From Octopus sinensis (lineage: Eukaryota), in NCBI RefSeq assembly GCF_006345805.1, contig NC_043006.1, positions 186,001 through 250,000 on the forward strand: a stretch of 64,000 nucleotides of DNA. Reading direction: 5' to 3'. The notes under the pieces are model-generated. The model was not told the DNA's origin and did not search any database. It was given only the letters and a program-made list of their open reading frames with translations. Of the stretch, positions 11,644 to 25,199 are shown in pieces. How positions within the stretch are numbered: position 1 is the stretch's first letter; each line of letters begins with the position of its first letter. Both the position numbers and the translations under genes were made by a program.

Positions 11644-11843
11644 ATAATAATAAAAATATATATATTTATAATTTATAAGTTTAAATTATTAATTTAAATA
11701 ATTTTTTAAAATTTTAACTTTAATTTAAATATTTTAATTGGATTTTTATATTTTATATTTTATATTTTTTAATTAATTTTATTTCTATGTATTGGCTTAT
11801 GATTTTCATTGTTTGATTTGCCTAGTAGTGGTTTTATCTCTAA

Positions 11844-12235
11844 TCTTTATATATAAAAGTCAAGTTGTGTGTCTGTCTCCTACGATTTAGATTCCTAACT
11901 ACTCCCATATTTTGCGGTGCAGTTTAACCAAAACCGAATATCTTATAGTCGTGATTCATATCGAGCCCTTCTGGGTATTAGTGCGCGTCTACGATGAGTC
12001 TATGATTTTAAAAAAATTACCATTTTTTTCCATTTTAATGCATTTTTTCGCTATTATATAAGGGAAGTAACTCTCTAAAAATGTGTGCGATGAATCAACG
12101 ATTTAAAAAAAAATTTACCATCATTTTTTTTCCATTTTTAATGCATTTTTTGCTATTCTTTGGCTATAACTCTCTACAAATGCTTATATAGTTATTTCCC
12201 TTACAAACCCGAGCAATGCCGGGCGATACTGCTAG
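11844..12235 (+). mobile_element. Non-autonomous Helitron-like element
   Basis: Begins A|TC(tttatatataaaag), ends CTAG|T, with subterminal hairpin CCCG-AGCAATGC-CGGG at 12208-12223 and an internal ~95-bp duplication. Confidence 0.7.
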
Positions 12236-12322
12236 TTTAATATAATATATATTTATACTATAAAATTAGATTTAATCCTAAATCTAATTTTTTCCTGTAA
12301 GTTTGGATTTACTCCCTAATAT

Positions 12323-12363
<41 letters not shown>

Positions 12364-12689
12364 AACACACAAACACATGCATGCATGTATATATATAATG
12401 CCGTATTGTCTAGTGGGAGTCATGCCAATAAAAATTTAAATACACACACTGGTTCAACACCACTTCAGTATCCATTTAATAATAGGTAAAATATAGATGT
12501 GGTATTGAACAAGCATGTGTATTTTAATTTTTATTAGCCTAATGTCCCTCCCTAGACACTTGTTCCAACACACGAATTCACATTAAGAATCTTGCAAACC
12601 AAATACCTGTATGCATGTATGCATGTATGTATGCATGCATGCATGCATGTATGTATGTATGTATGTATGTATGTATGTATGTATGTATG

Positions 12690-12720
<31 letters not shown>

Positions 12721-13394
12721 GTTTAAAATTGACAAAAGACATGACAAGTTATCGATGTGTCATATATATTTCATTACATATGTTTCAGCATTCAGTATTA
12801 ATCAAATCGATTGCAGATGCTCTCATCAGATGGAAGATATTGAAATATAAAGCCCATGTTAATATTCACCTTATTCATTTGCTTTTAGGTGGTATTATTT
12901 TTTGTCCTATGTATGCAGGGAATATTATAATGGGTTTCATATTTTTATATCTTACATTTGATGAAATCCTCTGTAACAGAGTTCATTAGTTATTGATTAT
13001 TAAAATGAAGATAATGAAATATTTGAAATATCAATTCCTTGTTTTCGGTCTTTTGTTCATTTCAACAATTTGTGGCACTTGTTACTATGACATAACTTAA
13101 TTCCATACTAATGAATGCATTATGTGAAAATAGAAGGGGTTTGAAGCAGATGGAAATTGAACCTCAATCCCTTTTGCAACTTTCAGATTCGGTGCATCAA
13201 TAAGTCTATATGTATATGTATGTATGTGTGTATGTGCGTACGTGCATGCATGTGTGTGTGTGTGTATATTGTCACCCATTCAGTGCATCAATTTACATGT
13301 ATCTACATCTATAGCCATATATATTTCGCTCTCTAGGTTGCATGTATACACACACACACACACACATATATATATGTATATACATGTATGTATG

Positions 13395-13444
<50 letters not shown>

Positions 13445-13593
13445 TATATATACATACATATATATACATATATATATACATATACATATATATATACATA
13501 CACATACATATATATATACATATATACATATATACACATATATATATAGACATATATATTTACATATATATATATACATACATGCAAATATAT

Positions 13594-13650
<57 letters not shown>

Positions 13651-13854
13651 TGTGACCTCGTGTGTACCGTTGGCAATTTTTTTTCCTCTGTCTTCCCTTC
13701 TCTGGATCTTCCTTCTCTTGTTTCCAACGAAGAGCTCCTCGAAACGTTAAACCCTCCTTCTTTCCTTCTTTCCTGAGCATCCAATGATACTATATATGCT
13801 CCACATCCTCGCGTTGTTGTGTTTTTTGTGCTTTCTTGTTTGGATTAACTTTAC

Positions 13855-13855
<1 letters not shown>
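13651..13855 (+). repeat. Interspersed ~200-bp repeat (Penelope pLTR-like) with a hammerhead-like module at 13721-13751
   Basis: TTT-CCAACGA-aGAGC..(g)CTC-GAAA-CGT-T-AAA. Confidence 0.8.
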
Positions 13856-13912
<57 letters not shown>

Positions 13913-13928
13913 TTACATATTGAAGCAT

Positions 13929-14333
13929 TTACTCTTTTACTCTTTTACTTGTTTCAGTCATTTTGACTGTGGCCATGCTGGAGCACCGCCTTTAGTCGAG
14001 CAAATCGACCCCAGGACTTATTCTTTGTAAGCCTAGTACTTAGTCTATCAGTCTCTTTTGCCGAACCGCTAAGTGACGGGGACGTAAACACACCAGCATC
14101 GGTTGTCAAGCAATGCTAGGGGGACAAACACAGACACACAAACACACACATAAATATATATATATAATATATATATATATACGACAGGCTTCTTTCAGTT
14201 TCCGTCTACCAAATCCACTCACAAGGGATTGGTCGGCCCGGGGCTATAGCAGAAGACACTTGCCCAAGATGCCACGCAGTGGGACTGAACCCAGAACCAT
14301 GTGGTTGGTTAGCAAGCTACTTACCACACAGCC
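13929..14333 (-). mobile_element. SINE family A
   Basis: Colinear with 915-1287. Confidence 0.9.
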
Positions 14334-14448
14334 AATCAATAGATTTTGTTCCCTGAAAATTCTTCTTAGAAGTTTCCTATTCTTTACACAAATTATGAAG
14401 ATTGAAGACATTAAATTCAGAGTTATGATATGTAAAGTCACACTTTTA

Positions 14449-14484
<36 letters not shown>

Positions 14485-14696
14485 TATGAGAAATTATGGA
14501 AAAACACAAGTTGAAATCATCTGTTCCCTTTATACGTTTCACCACTGTGGTAGTTTAGAACTTCTACACTGGATGTTTAATCACAATGAAACCAAACCAC
14601 TTTACTGGAAGCAAACTGAATGATGATAATCTACATGGAGCTCCATACACAACAGTAGCAGTCATCATACATCTAATTATACACACAAAATATACG

Positions 14697-14727
<31 letters not shown>

Positions 14728-14865
14728 CGGGTCGAATGAGGAGATTCTTGTATAAATACATTTTGACATAAATTGATATTACAGAACATAGAAAATTGCA
14801 AAATGATTTATTCATTTGTATGTAACGTGATCGGAGTTTCTCCACAACATGGATTTGTTTTAAAA

Positions 14866-17855
14866 TGTGGTGTTGGTGGAGAGGACGACAGGGAAGTAGG
14901 GCTTGCAGGGGCCCAGTGGAAGACTGGAGGGCGCATGTGCGCGGGGAAGCGGAACGCACGTATGGCGATTGAGGAAGCCAGCAGTTTGAACAGAGACGAG
15001 GAAGCGACTGGACGTGTCGAGTTTTGTAAGAGACCTGATCTTCACCGAGGTAAGACCTGTTAGTATTTCTTCTCCTTCTCCTTCTGTTGTCCTCTTCATC
15101 CATCACATGACAAGCTATTTCGGCACATAAAGAAAAAAAAAAACGAACGATGAGTGCCCATATTTCGCACGAAATGATCAAACCGTTTTGCAGCAACACG
15201 GATGTAGTCGCTTGGTTGAAGAAAGTGAAGTTGGTGGTGAAGCTCCATGGTATAAGTGACCTGGCGAGCTTCATGCCACTGTACTTGGATGGTCCGGCAT
15301 TGGCGCTGTATCTAGAGATGGAGGAGACCGACCAACTCAGTGCAGAGAAAGTGGAAATCCGGTTGATGGAGGCCTTTGAGGAGGGAATGTTTGAGGCATA
15401 CGCTCGCCTGGGTAGAACAAGATGGACTGGGGAACAGGTGGACGTGTTTGCCAATGAACTTAGGAGATTGGCTAAACTGGCGGGTTATGAAGGAGAGTGA
15501 TACAGCCCACAAAGCATAAGGTCAGGCCAGTGCTTGACTTCCGAAAGCTGAATGACCATGTATCATGTCATACAGGCGGCGAGGCCACAGATGTCTGTGG
15601 AGACACCTTGCGAGAGTGGAGGCAGATGACAGGGGCCTCCACGATTGTTGATTTGAAGTCGGCATACCTACAGGTGCATGTGGCTGAGAAATTGTGGAAG
15701 TACCAGCTTGTCAGGTATAAGGGCCGGACGTACTGTCTGACCAGGTTGGGGTTCAGGCTGAATTCAGCGCCAAAGATTATGGCAACAATCCTCAAGGCCA
15801 TCCTGGGAAAGGTGGACAGAGTAAAAAGGGCCACCAATTCATACATCGATGACATTCTGGTGGATGAAACCGTAATGCCAGCAACGGAGGTCATAGGCCA
15901 CCTGAAGAGTTTTGGACTGATCGCCAAGCCACCAGAGGCAATGGAGAGAGGTGCTGCACTGGGCCTCAAGCTATGGAGAGACAAGGCCGGCACGTTGGTG
16001 TTCCGGCGAGGGAATGAGGTCCCTGAACTGGGCGCCATCATGAGTAGACGGGAACTGTTCTCTGTGTGTGGGAAGCTGGTGGGACATTACCCGATTGCAG
16101 GTTGGCTCCGGACAGCATGTAGCTTCATCAAGAGACGAGCCGAAGGAGTGAAGTGGAACGATAAGAGTGGGAGAGAAGACGATCGACATGATACAGGAAG
16201 TCTTGGTCAGAGCAGGAGCAGAGGACCCAGTGAGGGGCAGTTGGTATGTTCCCAAATCAAAGAGCGGGATTGTATGGTGTGACACCAGTAGCATCGCAAT
16301 AGGGGTTGTCTTAGAAGTGGGAGGTGTCATGGTGGAAGATGCAGCCTGGCTCAGGAAGACGGATGACTGCAATCTTATCAATGTGGCGGAGTTGGATGCC
16401 GTATTGAAGGGGATGAACCTAGCCTTGAAGTGGGGGTTGCACACCATAGAAATCAGGACTGATTCGGCCACTGTACTTGGTTTGGTGAAAGCAGTCATCA
16501 CCAATGAGCGGAGGGGGCAGACCAAAGGGGCTGCAGAGATGCTGGTAAAGCGTCGATTGGGGATACTGCGTGAACTAACCACTGAGTTCAATCTGAAGCT
16601 GAGCGTGATCTTTGTGCCTTCCGAGAAGAACAGGGCAGACGTCTTGACCAGGGTAAAGCGAGCCTGGTTGCAGGTGCCAGAGGATGCGAAGCAGGCTGTA
16701 GCTGCAGTATGCCGTCTGAGCAACTCGGAGTTGTGGAGACTGCATACCATGCATCACATGGGTGTGGACAGGACATTGTTCCTAGCCAGAAAAATTGACT
16801 CCAATGTAACAAGACAGAGCGTGCAGAGAGTGGTTAGCAGTTGTGACAGGTGCCAGTCCATCAACCCTGCTTTGGGCGTACATGAAGCGGGAAGTATTCC
16901 AGTGGACCACGACTGGAAACGACTGGCGGTGGACATAACATACTACCGGCAGGGGACATACCTCTCAATGGTTGACTGCGGACCGGGGCGATTGGCCATA
17001 TGGAGGGAGATGAAGACGGGGACCGCAGAGGAAATTGTGAAAGTATTGAATGAGATATTCCTGGAACGAGGCCCCATGGATGAACTGCTTCTGGATAATG
17101 GCACTGCATTTCGCTCGGATGTGCTGAAAGAAATGCTTGATGGGTGGAAGGTCAACCACTTCTTCAGGGAGGCATACCGGCCAAGTGGAACTGGGGTGGT
17201 GGAAAGGCATCATCGTACCATCAAGGCCATGGCAGAGAGGGGTCACATTTCACCAATCGAGGCTGTATTTTGACACAATATGTCACCCAGATCAGGACAG
17301 GCTTAGGAGTCGGTGCCACACAGGGCAATATTCAGGTACGAGTGGAGGCATCCGTGTACTGCATCAATGCGGCCCGGGGCAGTGGAAGAGCACGCCTTCG
17401 TGCAGGTCGGGGAAGAAGTTTGGGTAAAACCCCCAAATGCACGGTGTACATCACGATGGGGAAAGGGGACAATAACCTCTGTAAATTCAAAGAACAACAT
17501 CTCGGTCGATGGTATGCCACGCCACGTTTTGGATATACGGAGGATTGTCTATGCCTCAGAGGATGGGACCAGCAGCAGTGGGCAAGATGAAAACAACACC
17601 AGTACACAGGATGATGAGGCCAGCAGCAACATGCCAGGAACCAGTCCTAGGGTCGCACTGCGACCACAGAGGGAACGGCACCCTCCTCCCTGGTTGGCTG
17701 ATTATGAAACCAGTTATGGTGTGAGTTCGGGAGCGGGGAGTGAGTGAGAAAGCCGGTTCAGTGATCTGTAGATCAGGGAGGCGTGTGGTGTCGGTGGAGA
17801 GGACGACAGATAAAGGAGGGCAGAAGTAGGGCTTGCAGGGGCCCGGTGAAAGACT
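14866..17855 (+). mobile_element. Ty3/Gypsy LTR retrotransposon, internally deleted and defective
   Basis: 5' LTR TG...CA at 14866-15107; partial 3' LTR 17784-17855 preceded by purine tract agggaggcg. gag 15150-15500; RT with VRPVLDFR and YIDD; RNase H; integrase HH..C..C and D..D..E (LAVDIT, LLDNG, VERHHR). Frameshift near 16180; stops at 15498 and 17271. Confidence 0.93.
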
Positions 17856-18060
17856 TGTGTTTTAAAGTGATCTAAATTATAATCTTCCATTAAAATTTAG
17901 TGTAAAATTGTTCCAAACACCAGCTTAATTATGACAAAGTTATTTTAGTAATTTTACTAAATTATTCCTTGTTTACTAGATTTATTCAAACAAATGTCGT
18001 TTATTTCAAAAGAAATTTGGTCACAAAAGGATTAAGGTGTGCTAAACACAGGCAACATCC
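17856..18060 (+). repeat. MITE-like interspersed repeat; inverted relative at about 57060-57170
   Basis: ttccaaacaccagcttaa here versus ttaagctggtgtttggaac at about 57091. Confidence 0.55.
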
Positions 18061-19149
18061 AACAAAGTTAACATTCTTTATTTTGCATTTAATGGTTCTA
18101 TGCAGCTATACAGTGGCAGCACCTTCAGGAATTTAGTCAACTTTCTCGGTCCCAGTACATGTTAGTGCTGTTCATATTTGAGTCTTGTACTTTATTAATT
18201 CCTGTTTTCCAAACCCATCTTCTCTGTCCCAGAGAGAACTGTAAGGTTAGACTCCTCAGACACCTCCTCCATCAAATCTTATCAAATGCAACCCTCATTA
18301 CACTTTCTGGCTGGATTCCCAAGCATGGTCAATTGAAGTTATGGCTATTATCCAACCATCTTGTTCTTGGTCTATCTCTAGGTCTATTTCTTGGTCTATC
18401 TCTAGGTCCCCTGCCGGTTGGTTGGCTTAGCTTGAAGACTCCATCGTGTAATTCTTTCATGTGTCACTGTAATCAATGTCCTTAGTACCAGAGCTGTGAT
18501 CTCTCAAAATGGAGAAGTTCACTGGGAGAGACTCCCTAAAATCTGAACTATGCACCCTGTCGGGTAATGTTACTCCAGAGACCCTTCAGGGGAACCCCAT
18601 TTCAGCCACATGTATTCTCGATCATACTCTTTTAGTCATCACCAAACTTTCATAACAAGTTAAATTTTAAAATTAAAGGGACATAACTGAACACCCTGGT
18701 TTTAATCTTACGTTCTGCATGCCTCGCAACAATTGACTTTATGAAACTCTTGCACAAACTTTGTTATGCAATAAATTAGTTAATGAAGTGTCTCACCACC
18801 AATTTCTTTCGTTTATGGATTTAAGCAAATACATATCAAACTTTTAAGTTTGCAGTGTGAAGGATATCACATTATCTCCAATTGTACTTAAAAACATATT
18901 ACCCACTTGTATAAAATTTTATTCACCCTTTAGCATTTAAACTGACCATATCTGGCCCAAATATTCTTGCTGTTTCACGTTCAAATTGGTGAAATCTCGC
19001 TTCTCTTGTTGACCCTACACTTTTATTCTCAAAATAAAGAGTTGCATCATCAAAATCTCAAACCTGCAGGAAAATTCCTGATTAATCAAATTAATGTGAA
19101 TACATAAGCAATACACATCACATTTGACAAATCATGGAAACTATATATG

Positions 19150-19202
<53 letters not shown>

Positions 19203-19920
19203 GTATAGGGCATAGCAAAAAACTCCACACATTTTATAGGCTGATAAATATTTCAACAGCAAGTGCACCAGTCCAAATGTTGATGGCAACTGAAAATGAA
19301 ATGGTATAAACTTTAGGGCAGTACTACCGCCAGCCCAAGTCCACTAGCACCATACAAACAGCTATGTTGAATATAGGGAGTTTTTCTGTCACACCCTGTA
19401 TCTGCATGTGTGTGTGTGTGTGTGTGTGTGTGTCTTGACATAGTACCATAGTCATAAACAAGTGCCACCATCAAAGAAGCAGTGTCCTTCGTTTCCAACC
19501 TTCTGTGTAAGAATGTCCAGCCATGGAGAGATATTACTTTACCTGGAAATAGTTGAAGATTGGTGACAAGAAGGGGTCTGACCTTAAAATAATTTGGTCC
19601 AACAGATTCTGTCTGACCCATGCAAGCATGGGAAAGTGAATATAAAATCGATGATAATGGTTATCAACTAAAAATAATTCTATTTTCTATTTCCCAATGG
19701 TCAGTTTACTTTTAAACCAGATTTTTAGTTTTAGTCCTTCTAACAGAACAAATAATCACAAACTTGGATAAAAATTGTCTTATTTCTGTCTTTTGCAATT
19801 CTTGCTTTTTCCTGTTACCTGTTTATACGCATCACATGGTATAATAAAATCGATGCCAATAATAGGAACCAAATATTGATTTTATTAGTGTTCACTTGTA
19901 TGTTAAATGTTCAAATCCCA

Positions 19921-20300
19921 GGTGGGGAGCTGGCAGAATCATTAGCATGCCAGGCAAAACGTTTGGCAGCATTTCATCTGTCTTCACATTCTGAGTTCAA
20001 ATTCAGCCTAGGTTGACTTTGCCTTTCATCCTTTTGGGGTTGATAAAATAAGTACCAGTTGAGTACTGGGGGTCGATGTAATTGACTTACCCCTTTCCCC
20101 AAACATGGTGACCTTGTGTCAAAATTTGAAACCATTATTTACATATATATTAGGCAGCAAGCTGGCAGAACTGTTAGCAAGCTGGACAAAATGTTTGGTG
20201 GCATTTCTTCCGGCTTAATGTTTCTGAGTTCAAATTCTGTTGAGGTCAACTTTGCTATTCATCCCCAAAATATCCGACCTTTGTGCCTATAGTTGAGAGA
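19921..20300 (+). mobile_element. Two tandem SINE family B copies (19921-20140, 20153-20300)
   Basis: Both have gagctggcagaa...ctgagttcaaatt...g(g)t(t/c)(g/a)actttgc. Confidence 0.8.
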
Positions 20301-21111
20301 ACTATTTACTCAAATGTATTTTTAACAAATGAAAAAATATTTGTTGTTAAATTAATAGTTGTTCTTGATTAAAACTTTTTTAATTAATGTCAATTTATGA
20401 TCTTTTTCATATTAGAAATAATTTTATTATATCCTAACACTGACATCCATTTCTAATACCCAAATTGTTGTAAAATTAATTAATTTCAATTAAAATATTT
20501 ATAATAGTACAATTTTGTAAATAGCTTCTTTTTTAAAAAAAAAAATTCAACTTTTCACTTTAATACTACTAAATTTTTACAACTTTACAACCAAAATCAT
20601 TTTTACAACTTTATAACCAAAATCATTTTTTGAGATTGTGCTAAATTGTCTCAGCCTTAACTTTGAATACCTTTTCTAAGTCTTCCCTAAGATTATTAAA
20701 ACAAAAGACCTTTTTTTTATAATTTCATTTACCAACAACTCAATTTTCACCCTACATGGAATCAGAAAAACTTCACTTTGGCCATTTCTGTTGGTCCATC
20801 ATTGTTATTTTAATTTTGTATGATAATTCTATTTTTCCCATTATGACTATATTTCTCATCAACATCCATAACATGCCTTTATATGTAACAAAAATCTCTA
20901 TTCATTTACCAGCCTGAAAAGCTTTGTTTGGCAAAACTTCAAGTTCAGTGTTTAGAAAATAAATATTTAACTTTATAATGCTATTGAGTTCTTTATTTAC
21001 TTAATCCTTTTCTTTTTTGTTTCATACATAAAAAAAAAATTGTCTTCATGTATGTGCATATAATTGTGTGAGTATGGGTATGTATGTTTATGTGTGTGCA
21101 TGTATATGCAT

Positions 21112-21509
21112 AGGCGCAGGAGTGGCTGTGTGGTAGATAGCTTGCTTACCAGCCACATGGTTCTGGGTTCAGTCCCACTGCATGGCACCTTGGGCAAGTG
21201 TCTTCTACTATAGCCTCAAGCCGACCAAAGCCTTGAGAGTGGATTTGGTAAACGGAAACTGAAAGAAGCCCATCGTATATATGTGTATATATGTGTTTGT
21301 GTGTCTGTGTTTGTCCCCCCAACATCACTTGACAACCGATGCTGGTGTGTTTACGTCCCTGTAACTTAGCGGTTCAGCAAAAGAGACCGATAGAATAAGT
21401 ACTAGGCTTACAAAGAATAAGTCCTGGGGTCGATTTGCTTGACTAAAGGTGGTGCTCCAGCATGGCCGCAGTCAAATGACTGAAACGAGTAAAAGAGAGT
21501 AAAAAGAGA
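21112..21509 (+). mobile_element. SINE family A (full length, sense)
   Basis: aggcgcaggagtggctgtgtgg...ggttcagtccc...gaaacgagtaaaagag. Confidence 0.92.
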
Positions 21510-22249
21510 TTGTTTAACATCTGCTTTCCATGCTAGCATGGGTTAGATGGTTTCACGGGAGATATCCAGGCAGTAGACTGCAGCAGACTTCTGTGTCTGT
21601 TTTGGCATGGCTTTTTATGGTTGGATGCCCTTACCAACACCAACCGCCCTGCAGAGTGGACTGAATTTTTTTTAAGTGGCACAGGCAAAGTCAGTTTTGG
21701 CTTGGTTTTTACAGGTGGATGCCCTTCCAAATTCCAACCACTTTACAGTATAGACTGGATGCTTTTCACATGGCACCAGCACTGACAGGTTCACCAAGAA
21801 ACTTGCACGACAAAGATCCTTTGGAAGGGGGAGGGGGCATTGGCGAAGGTGGTCTTGTGTCAGATGATGAAAGGTTAGAGTGAGACAGAGAGATAGAAAC
21901 AGGTGTCTTGCTGTAGGAGGTAGAGAGAGAGAGAAAGGACAGAAAAAGGTGTGTTGTTGTAGAGGAGATGCATTGTTACCCAGCTAACGGGAAGAGCAAG
22001 AGAAAGATTTAAATTTATATTATTTAATACATATACTAATGTATATGGGGAGAGTTTACGAAAAAAAACAAAAGACGAAGAAGACAGGTGGTGTATGAAA
22101 CAAACAGATGTATTAGTATAATGCTCAGGAATAGAAAAAGTCTTTTACATTTTGAGCCTACGCTCTTCTACAGAAAGGGACACAGAAAAAAACAAGGAGA
22201 GAAAAAAATGTGTGTAGTAGCTAACGATCTATCATGGCGACTGCCAGAC

Positions 22250-22423
22250 ATGCTTTGTGTATTTTCTGATTGCTGCAATGGTGTAGCGGAGTATATAAAC
22301 TCTCATGTTGCTGGTGTTGAAACACCTTAGTCATGGACAGGTAAAGGTGTTTTAACACCCATGGCAGGAGAGTTTATATTACTCCGCTACACCATTGCAG
22401 CCACTGGAAAATACACAAAGCAT
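22250..22423. repeat. ~175-bp imperfect foldback (arms about 80 bp, 15-nt loop)
   Basis: atgctttgtgtattttc..ctgcaatggtgtagcggagtatataaactctc versus gagagtttatattactccgctacaccattgcag..gaaaatacacaaagcat. Confidence 0.9.
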
Positions 22424-22439
22424 ATACACTAGTATATGT

Positions 22440-22790
22440 ATTTAATAATATTCATGAGACTAGAGCTGTTTTTACTTCATACATAAATTTGAATTTATAA
22501 ATATATTTCAATGACTCTTTTAAGCAAAGTCCACAACTGGAGTGCTGGCCCTGATATGGGGTACCCAAATCAATTATAGCCCAGGAAAGTTTATACTGTA
22601 TTTTTCTATTAATTAGATAGTGTACGTGGATGGCTAGTGATGTGGAATTGCTATTCTCCTTATATTTAAATGAGTTTGAATGTGCATAACACCTTTGTTT
22701 AAAAATTGGTGCTAGAACCAATGTAGTAGCTACAGGAGTTATTTACCATGTTTTGAACAGTGCATCGCTATACAACATTGAATCTTCTGC
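22440..22790 (-). mobile_element. Penelope-like GIY-YIG fragment (Poseidon-type)
   Basis: VV*RCTV..YYIGSST then FKQRCYAHSNSFK..NSTSLA..WAII..PY..CGLCLKES. Confidence 0.75.
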
Positions 22791-24299
22791 ATGGGGCTTG
22801 CTGCAGGTAATCTGTCACTCTCTCCCTGTCAATTGTTCCCTTCTAGGTTCCTTTCCCTCTTACCTTCAGTCCATACTCTTACAATGTTGGATAGACCTAG
22901 CTGTCCCCTTACACAACCCACTCACTCACCTTTATACTCCTACCCTTTTTTTTTCTCAACCCTGTTGCTAATCCCTTTTCTTTCCTATGTTTGCTGTCAT
23001 ACTCCCTCATCCACTCCTCTTATCATTCCTTCACCCATCTGACTAAGATCACCACCTCCTCTCTCTTCTTTTCTCCCTCAGTTAAAGGAGTTATTTAAGG
23101 AGTTTAGACTTGTAAGCTATGAGGCAGTCATCACTAGAGTTGATGCCATTAAAGAAAGCTCCCAATAAACTTTGCTAAGTGGTTGGCACTAGGAAGGGCA
23201 TCCAGCCACAGAAACCATGCTAAAGTAGACTTTGGAGTATGACACAATCCTCAGACTCATCAGAATTTGAGTCTACAACTCAATCCAACACGGAAGTCAG
23301 GCATTAAATGATGATGGTGATGATATATATTTTTAAATGTTTTCATTTCTAAAGACGAGGTAAATGATTTGAGAAAAAGTAATCATACAACTCATTGCAC
23401 ATTTACAAAATATTATAAAACTGAAAAGTGAAATGAACTAGAGAAACATTAGTTGAAGAAAGTCAGAAAAAAATGTATTTAGCCACTGACTGGAACTCCA
23501 CCACAGTTATGTTTTCTTCTCTTAGAAGACACTCAGTCATGCACGAGTCTCATACTCTGCCACCTGAAAGTGTTGACAATTCATGTCCCATCACTGGCAT
23601 TGTAATATAGCCCTGGTAAAGACGTTTGATTATTCGGTGACCAAAGGCATAATTTACTGAGATAGGCAAGATGATTTTATGACAATGTTCTGTTAGCTTG
23701 CAGTCTTGAGATCAAGTCTACCATCATCATCATCATCATCATTATTTAATGTCCATTTTCCATGCTGGCATGGGTTGAATGGATTGACCAGAGCTGGCAA
23801 GCAGGAGAGCTACACCAGGTTCCAATTGTTTGTTTTGGTATGGTTTCTACAGCTTGATGCCCTTCCTAATGCCAACGACTTTATAGAGTGTCCTGGGTGC
23901 TTTTTACGTGGCATCAGCACAGGAGCTTTTACTTGATACCCACATGAGATCTTTTTACATAGCACCAGCACTGGGCTCTTGCAGGCCAGTTTTCTTTGGC
24001 AGAGGGATAAATTCTACAATAGAATGGCATCCTATTCAAGAGATAAATGGTTTATAACCATTTTAGTTATGCAAACTAGGATCATTTCAGCAGTGTCTGG
24101 TAACTATAGTGAATGAGAAAGAAAATAACAAAATCTAAAATAGAAAACAGAAACCATGAAATGATGAAAATGAACCTTGACAGCTTTTGAATAACTTTAT
24201 AATTACTTATCAACAAAACTTAACTTTTACGATCTTCATTTCTGAGTTCATTTTTACCAAGGAAAGGAACCAAAAGTAAGATAAACAATTATACTACAC

Positions 24300-24730
24300 C
24301 TTGGACCATAGAGTGACCCGCTGTTCTTGAGGAGACCTATTGAGTCAAGTACGTCAACACCAATATCAAAATAAAAATCAAATGTAAATTGTAGTTAAGA
24401 TACTCGTGCCGGTGACATGTAAAAAGCACCGTCCGATTGTGGCAGATGCCAGCGCCGCCTGACTGGTGTCCATGTTGGTGACACATAAAAGCACCAACTG
24501 ATCATGGCCATTTGCCAGCCTGCTCTGGCTCCTGTGCCGGTGGCACGTAAAAAACACCCACTACACTCACAGAGTGGTTGGCGTTAGGAAGGGCATCCAG
24601 CTGTAGAAATAGTGCCAGATCAGACTGGAGCCTGGTGCAGCCTCCATGGCTTACCAGACCCCTGTCGAACTGTCCAACCCATGCTAGCATGGAAAACGGA
24701 CGTTAAATGATGATGATGATGATGATGATG
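24300..24730 (+). mobile_element. RTE 3' UTR fragment with (GAT)n tail (same subfamily as 1607-2422)
   Basis: gaggagacctattgagtcaagtac..ggcgttaggaagggcatccagctgtagaaa..catgctagcatggaaaacggacgttaaatgatgat. Confidence 0.88.
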
Positions 24731-25199
24731 TCCTTGAACATCAATGTTTATATTTGATAGTGTTAGTCCATTAGTGCCCAATTAGTTTTATTTAATTTAT
24801 TACCAAAAATCTTTTTTATACAACTTCATCTGATACTAAATATATAAAAAAAAATTTATTACAATATTTGAAAGACATTCCAGTCTTGATGACTAACTAA
24901 AGATACCTCAGAAAATATACAGGTGTTGCAGAAATATGATGGGTTATCCTTCTGGTCCTAAAAGAAGGACCGTGGGCACTAATGAGTTAAGCAGAAAAGC
25001 ACACCTTATAAAAACAAAATCTTTCAACTAATTAAAAGAAAAATGAACTAAGGGAAATAACTGAAGTAGGTTAATGGTATGAATTTGTTGTGTACATCAT
25101 TCAGTATACCATCACTACTGCCACCACCTCTGCTGCCACCACCACAGCCACCACCACCTGGTTTTTGTGAAATATTTTAAACTCCATTTTAAATAATAA

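Noticed and set aside
12720-13210. Possible additional exons (ORFs 12615-12989, 13097-13279; also 14510-14690, 23480-23700)
   Set aside because: No recognisable domain and no phase-consistent splice pair linking them to either gene.
14564-15454. 296-aa minus-strand ORF and other ORFs antisense to Gypsy or RTE (15568-16041, 15971-16750, 26269-26589)
   Set aside because: These are shadow ORFs opposite TE coding sequence with no recognisable domain.
14856-17866. tgttttaaa on both sides of the Gypsy element as a TSD; tgacaagc as a PBS
   Set aside because: The 3' LTR is truncated by another repeat, so the match is not at the true end, and no TGG-starting tRNA-complementary PBS is recognisable.
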